Shown here piece after piece: positions 31,511 to 35,927 of a stretch of 35,927 nucleotides of DNA. Numbering within the stretch: the stretch's first letter is position 1; every line of letters starts with the position of its first letter. The notes under the pieces were generated by a model. That model was not told the DNA's origin and searched no databases. It saw nothing but the letters and a program-made list of their open reading frames with translations. The DNA is from an uncultured Methanosarcinales archaeon. Lineage in GTDB: Archaea > Nanobdellota > Nanobdellia > Woesearchaeales > JAGLXL01. The stretch spans positions 1 to 35,927 of the forward strand of contig CAYYLB010000006.1 in NCBI GenBank assembly GCA_964472345.1. Reading direction: 5' to 3'. Both the position numbers and the translations under genes were made by a program.

Positions 31511-31985
31511 TCCTGCTGTTCTCCACCTTGTAGGAGTCGATGCGGGGATCGTCCACCTTCGCCTTGCAGCAGATGTTGTTCGCCGCATTGGCCACGAGCT
31601 GCGCATAGCTGGTCTGCAGCTCGGTGTTCTGCTCGTTCTGCTGCTGAAGCTCCTCCTGCAGCTGCCCGGCGGCTTTCTGCCCTTCACCGAGCGCGCTCTG
31701 GCAGCTCGACAGCTCCGCGGTTATCCGCTCGGCATCGGCGAGCAGCTTCTGGTTGAACTCCTTGCAATAGCTCAGGTCCGTGTTCGCCTCAAGCGCATCC
31801 TGCTCAAGCTCGCTGACACGCGCGCCGTACTCCGCAAGCGAAAGGTCGAGGCTCTTCGCCTCCCGGTACACACTGTAGCCGATGACGCCCGGCCGTATGA
31901 TGAAGATCGCGAGCAGCGCAACCGCAAGAACAGCAGCAACAATGAGTGCAATGGTCTTCTTCCTGTCCTGCCTCTTTTCCCACAT
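31470..31985 (-). CDS. Membrane-anchored coiled-coil protein with C-terminal Cys motif
   Basis: N-terminal TM (IALIVAAVLAVALLAIFII), Q/E/L-rich heptads, NICCK...C...C. ATG at 31985 below a TTTAAAAA box. Confidence 0.75.
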   Translation of the reverse strand: MWEKRQDRKKTIALIVAAVLAVALLAIFIIRPGVIGYSVYREAKSLDLSLAEYGARVSELEQDALEANTDLSYCKEFNQKLLADAERITAELSSCQSALGEGQKAAGQLQEELQQQNEQNTELQTSYAQLVANAANNICCKAKVDDPRIDSYKVENSRISCVSGGTLRISC

Positions 31986-32124
31986 AGGCTGTATGATTCC
32001 GCGTGATTTTTTAAACCTTTCTGCGGGCAAAAACCAAAGCTTTATAAACCACCCCCTGCTGGAGGCGGAAAAACACCGTAAGGGGCTAAGCTTCTTATGG
32101 GTGGTTTGTGAGGAGGAAACAACT

Positions 32125-32286
32125 ATGGAAGGCGGAAGAGGACGTGGCGGCTTCTCAAGGGGCCCCCGTGAAATGCATAAGGCAACCTGCGCTGACTGTG
32201 GCGCCGAATGTGAAGTGCCATTCAAGCCGGCGGAAGGCAGGCCTGTCTACTGCAGGGACTGCTACCGGAACAAGAAAGGCTTCTAA
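32125..32286 (+). CDS. CxxC-x17-CxxC zinc-ribbon protein, 53 aa
   Basis: PREMHKATCADCGAECEVPFKP...RPVYCRDCY; GAGGAGG SD upstream; T-rich terminator downstream. Confidence 0.93.
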   Translation: MEGGRGRGGFSRGPREMHKATCADCGAECEVPFKPAEGRPVYCRDCYRNKKGF

Positions 32287-32375
32287 CGCGCGCGGAGCGC
32301 ACAGGCATGTTTTGAGCGGCTGCGTTCTTTTTTATTTTTGATAATGTTTATAAGAGATGCCCCTCTCCTGCTGCC

Positions 32376-33950
32376 ATGCTCTTCCAGCGCCTCGTGGAGG
32401 TCTTTGAGCAGCTCGGGCAGACCAGCTCCGGCAACAGGCTGCGGGAGCTCCTCTCCGCATTCTTCAGGCGCGTGCCGCCGCAGGAGATCGGGAAAGCGTG
32501 CTACCTCACCCTGGGCAGCATCGCGTCCGCCTACGAAGGCGTTGTTTTTGGCATGGCGGAAAAGATGGTGCTCAGGAGCATCGCTGCCGCTTCCGCCATA
32601 TCTGAGGAAACCGCCCAGGAGGCATTCAGAAAGCTCGGCGATGCGGGCATGGTCGCCGCAGCGCATCTCAGGGGCAAGGGCGGAAAGCTCACGATCCAGG
32701 AGGTTTTCCAGCGCCTGCACGCGATCGCAGCCGCGCATGGCGAGCGAAGCCAGGAGCGCAAGATCAGCGAGCTCGCGGCACTGATGCGGCGCGCCTCCCC
32801 CATTGAAGCGAAATATCTCGCACGGATCGTCCTTGGAACGCTCCGCCTTGGCGTCGCTGACATGACAGTGCTCGACAGCCTTTCCATCGCGTTCACCGGC
32901 GGCAAGAAAAGCAAGGCGCAGCTCGAGCACGCCTATAACATCTGCCCTGATGTTGGCATCCTCGCAACGGCGCTCGCAGCCAACGGAATGCGCAGCATCG
33001 GCAGCATCGGCGTGCGCGTAGGCCGGCCGGTCAAGATGATGCTCGCGCAGCGCGCAGCGTCCATCAGGGAAATCATGGAGCGCATGCCCGCCGGCGTTGC
33101 CGCAGAGGAGAAGTACGACGGCGAGCGGGTGCAGATCCACAAGAAGGGCAGCCGTGTGACGCTGTTCTCCCGCCGCATGGACACCGTCACCGGACAGTTC
33201 CCTGAGCTTGCTGCGGCAGCCGGACAGCTGAAAAGTGAGTTCATCATCGAAGGGGAGATCGTCCCTCTCGGCCCAAAAGGCGGGCTGCTTCCCTTCCAGA
33301 CGCTCATGCAGCGGCGCAGGAAGCATGACATCGCCGCCTATCAGAAGAAGATCCCGGTCGCCGTTTTCCTTTTCGATGTCCTTTACGTGAATGGGAGGAG
33401 CCTCCTGCGCACACCCTACAATGAGCGGCAGGAAGCGCTGCGCAGGCTTGTGGGGAAGGAAACGCGGGTGCTGCGCTTCGCCAGGAAAACGCTCTCGGAT
33501 GACCGTGACGAGATCGAGAGCTTCTTCAACGAATGCGTCGAGCGCGGAACCGAGGGGATCATCGCGAAAGATCCCCATGGTGCGTATCAGGCGGGCAGGC
33601 GCGGCTATCTCTGGATCAAGTGGAAGCGCGAGTACGCGAAAGAGCTGCGCGACACCNNNNNNNNNNNNNNNNNNNNNNNNNNNNNNNNNNNNNNNNNNNN
33701 NNNNNNNNNNNNNNNNNNNNNNNNNNNNNNNNNNNNNNNNNNNNNNNNNNNNNNNNCCTGGTTCGAGCCCGCGCTCGTGGTCGAGGTGCTCGGCGCTGAG
33801 CTGACACGGAGCCCGCTGCATACCTGCGCTGAAAAGGGCGGCACGGGGCTTGCGCTGCGCTTCCCGCGCCTGCTGCGCTTCCGCAATGACAAGAAGCCCG
33901 AGCAGGCGACGACGAGCAGGGAGATATGGGGGATGTATGGGAAACAATAA
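32376..33950 (+). CDS. lig: ATP-dependent DNA ligase (spans an assembly gap)
   Basis: [57 protein letters not shown]. Confidence 0.96.
   Translation: MLFQRLVEVFEQLGQTSSGNRLRELLSAFFRRVPPQEIGKACYLTLGSIASAYEGVVFGMAEKMVLRSIAAASAISEETAQEAFRKLGDAGMVAAAHLRGKGGKLTIQEVFQRLHAIAAAHGERSQERKISELAALMRRASPIEAKYLARIVLGTLRLGVADMTVLDSLSIAFTGGKKSKAQLEHAYNICPDVGILATALAANGMRSIGSIGVRVGRPVKMMLAQRAASIREIMERMPAGVAAEEKYDGERVQIHKKGSRVTLFSRRMDTVTGQFPELAAAAGQLKSEFIIEGEIVPLGPKGGLLPFQTLMQRRRKHDIAAYQKKIPVAVFLFDVLYVNGRSLLRTPYNERQEALRRLVGKETRVLRFARKTLSDDRDEIESFFNECVERGTEGIIAKDPHGAYQAGRRGYLWIKWKREYAKELRDTXXXXXXXXXXXXXXXXXXXXXXXXXXXXXXXXXXWFEPALVVEVLGAELTRSPLHTCAEKGGTGLALRFPRLLRFRNDKKPEQATTSREIWGMYGKQ
33657..33756. other. Assembly gap (100 N)
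   Basis: Run of N; probably a placeholder shorter than the missing OB-domain segment of the ligase. Confidence 0.95.
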
Positions 33951-34254
33951 GTGGGCTGGCACGCTGACGGCGGCGCAGTTTGCCGGGATTCTGCTCACCG
34001 CACTCATCATCAGCGCGTGCGCTCCGGTTCCCCCGCTGCCTGAAGAAAATGCTCCACCCCCAGAAAGCTCCTGCCAGGCTGATGCGGACTGCGTCCCTGC
34101 AAGCTGCTGCCACGCACGGGAGGCGGTGAGCAAGGCGTTTGCTCCGGACTGCAGCGGGAGCTTCTGCACGCAGGTCTGTGAGCCGGGGACGCTCGACTGC
34201 AATCAAGGGGAGATAAAGTGCGTTGAAGGGCGGTGCGCCGCGCTCATTTCCTGA
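33937..34254 (+). CDS. Cys-rich putative lipoprotein
   Basis: Hydrophobic signal ending in lipobox-like ISAC, Pro-rich linker, C..D.DC...CCH...C...C...C...C...C...C. Confidence 0.8.
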   Translation: MGNNKWAGTLTAAQFAGILLTALIISACAPVPPLPEENAPPPESSCQADADCVPASCCHAREAVSKAFAPDCSGSFCTQVCEPGTLDCNQGEIKCVEGRCAALIS

Positions 34255-34276
34255 AGAATTAACGGGGAGCGATGCG

Positions 34277-34813
34277 TCAGAAAACAAACGGCACCAGCCG
34301 CCGGGTGCGCTTCATGTAGCCACGATATTCGGCCCCGAACTGCGCACCAAGGAACGCCTCTTCTTTCCTGATGCGCGCTGCGAGCGCAGGCACGAGCAGC
34401 GCAAGCGCCAGCAAAAAGCCGATCAGGCTCTGCAGCGCGAGAGCGGCGCCAAACCACAGCAGGAGGATGCCGGTGTAGAGCGGATGCCGGATAGACCGGT
34501 AGATGCCATGCGTGACGAGGCGGTGCTCCTTTTTCACCGTGAGCTCATAGGTGAAGAAGCGGCCGAGCGTCCTGCGCGCGACGATGCGGATGATGACACC
34601 AAGCACAAAGAGCACGAGGCCGGCTGCCGCGAGCGCACCGAACGGCGGCTGGACATGCAGGTGATCGGTGATCATGGCCCGCAGGGAAATGACCATGCCG
34701 AGGAAGATGAGCAGGAGGGAGCGATCTTCGAGCAACTGGGGCCTCACTTCGCGCTCGAGGAAGAACAGCGCCCAGAGAGCCGCGGTGATGGCGATGACAA
34801 GGAGGAGGGTCAT
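34277..34813 (-). CDS. Isoprenylcysteine carboxyl methyltransferase (ICMT/Ste14)-family membrane protein
   Basis: LGRFFT...HRLVTHGIYRSIRHPLY, EE..L...FG.EY..Y. Confidence 0.9.
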   Translation of the reverse strand: MTLLLVIAITAALWALFFLEREVRPQLLEDRSLLLIFLGMVISLRAMITDHLHVQPPFGALAAAGLVLFVLGVIIRIVARRTLGRFFTYELTVKKEHRLVTHGIYRSIRHPLYTGILLLWFGAALALQSLIGFLLALALLVPALAARIRKEEAFLGAQFGAEYRGYMKRTRRLVPFVF

Positions 34814-34864
34814 GCGCTTCGGGGGCGGATGGGGGGTTTAAATGTTTTTTGTTTTTTGGCAGTT

Positions 34865-35927
34865 TTACTTCTTCTTAAACAATTTATATCCTATAAAACC
34901 AAACAAAGCTACAATGATAATGGCAAATAGGTAGAAAAACCATTTATTTTGCTCGCTAAGTCGGTTATCAACAGAGTCGCAAGCATCACCAATTCCATCT
35001 TTGTCTATATCGAGTTGATTAGCGTTGCGCTCATTTGGACAATTGTCTTCTGTGTTAACAATTCCATCATTATCAAAATCCTCACAAGCGTCTCCTATGC
35101 CATTATAATTTATGTCTTTCTGATTACTGTTTTTAGTGGAAATACAATTATCATTTTCATTGATGACACCATCCTCATCAAAATCTCTGTTATAGCCCGG
35201 GTTGAGTTTTTCTTTAGATAATGTAGCAACAAGTATTTTTCCTGCATCGTGCCGTTTGGAAGTAACCAAACTTCCCCCAAAATCACCATAATATAATTTA
35301 TAAGTACGATCACATTCATCATTAACGAAGAAATAAATGGTGTTCTTGTTATTGCTGTCAAAAAATTCTATTTCCGCCACTTTTAGTATAGTATCAAAAA
35401 GGATTTGAATTCTAAGATTATCTGTGGAAATTTTTTGGTCAAAAAGATAGGTGTAACTAAAATTGTCTTTAATGGTTCTTGGTTCAAGCTTCACATTGTT
35501 TTTAGAGAACTCAACATTATTTAATTCAGAATCTCTTAAAGTTATTACAACCTTATCAAATGTTTGAGTTGTAGGATTTTTCAACTGTAGATCTAACTTG
35601 GATTGGGGTTTGCTTATCACATAATAAGTTTCCGAATTTTTATCCAAAGTGGTTTTTAATGCCTCTAAATCATCAATATTGCTATCTTTTACAAACCAGT
35701 TTCTCTTCTCCGAGCTAGAGCCGACTTCAATGTAATACTCACTGTCAATGTAAATGTTTTGTAAGTTTTTTGATTTAGATAATAAATCATTACTTGGCTC
35801 AAATTTCACATACCCTAAGAAATTATCGCAGCCTACCATAATGTCGTGTTAGTATTTGAATTTTGACAAATCAACATTCTATCTCAATACCGTAAACGCA
35901 CTAATTAGAAGTACGAACGTAATTAGA
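34865..35927 (-). pseudogene. Surface protein with thrombospondin type-3 repeats and C-terminal TM anchor; two in-frame stops near the 5' end; start lies beyond the window
   Basis: D.D.DG.....DNC....N..Q.D....GIGDAC repeated twice, C-terminal TM plus KKK. The frame continues upstream through TAA (35849-35851) and TAG (35879-35881) into a signal-peptide-like LITFVLLISAFTVL. Confidence 0.7.

Noticed and set aside
33657..33756. Apparent internal deletion in the DNA ligase OB domain
   Set aside because: It coincides with a 100-N placeholder gap whose true length is unknown.
32283..34202. 639-aa minus-strand ORF
   Set aside because: Antisense shadow of the DNA ligase that is also read through the N gap.
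35849..35881. Stop-codon reassignment (TAA/TAG read as Gln)
   Set aside because: Conserved genes in the window terminate normally at TAA and TAG (e.g. rtcB, tfb, eL41).

Overview
Archaeal genomic window, most likely a DPANN lineage (Nanoarchaeota/Woesearchaeales-like; inferred from the 16S 5' end TTCCCGTTGATCCTGCGGGA, TATA/BRE promoters about 25 nt upstream of mostly leaderless genes, and archaeal core genes). The GC-rich backbone carries the 5' part of 16S rRNA, eL41, a tRNA-Glu(CTC) with a T-loop intron, Rpp21, an XPD/Rad3 helicase, RtcB with a LAGLIDADG intein, a COG0523 GTPase, a bacterial-type RsuA/RluB pseudouridine synthase, aIF2-gamma, three PLP enzymes, a HemK2-kinase fusion, MGMT, TFB, Trm112, SRP54 and an ATP-dependent DNA ligase. 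AT-rich accessory DNA interrupts it in four main ways. (1) A transposase-less 1180-bp element with 17-bp TIRs and a 9-bp TSD carries two unknown genes. (2) Three toxin-antitoxin-type cassettes are each bracketed by a 29-43 bp duplication of the end of the neighbouring housekeeping gene. (3) A 6.5-kb array alternates related small membrane proteins with C-terminally truncated secreted hydrolases (one S8 protease, two paralogous PHP fragments). (4) Five tandem hairpins with a shared loop motif start directly behind a PD-(D/E)XK nuclease gene. All family assignments come from motif recognition only; no searches were run.
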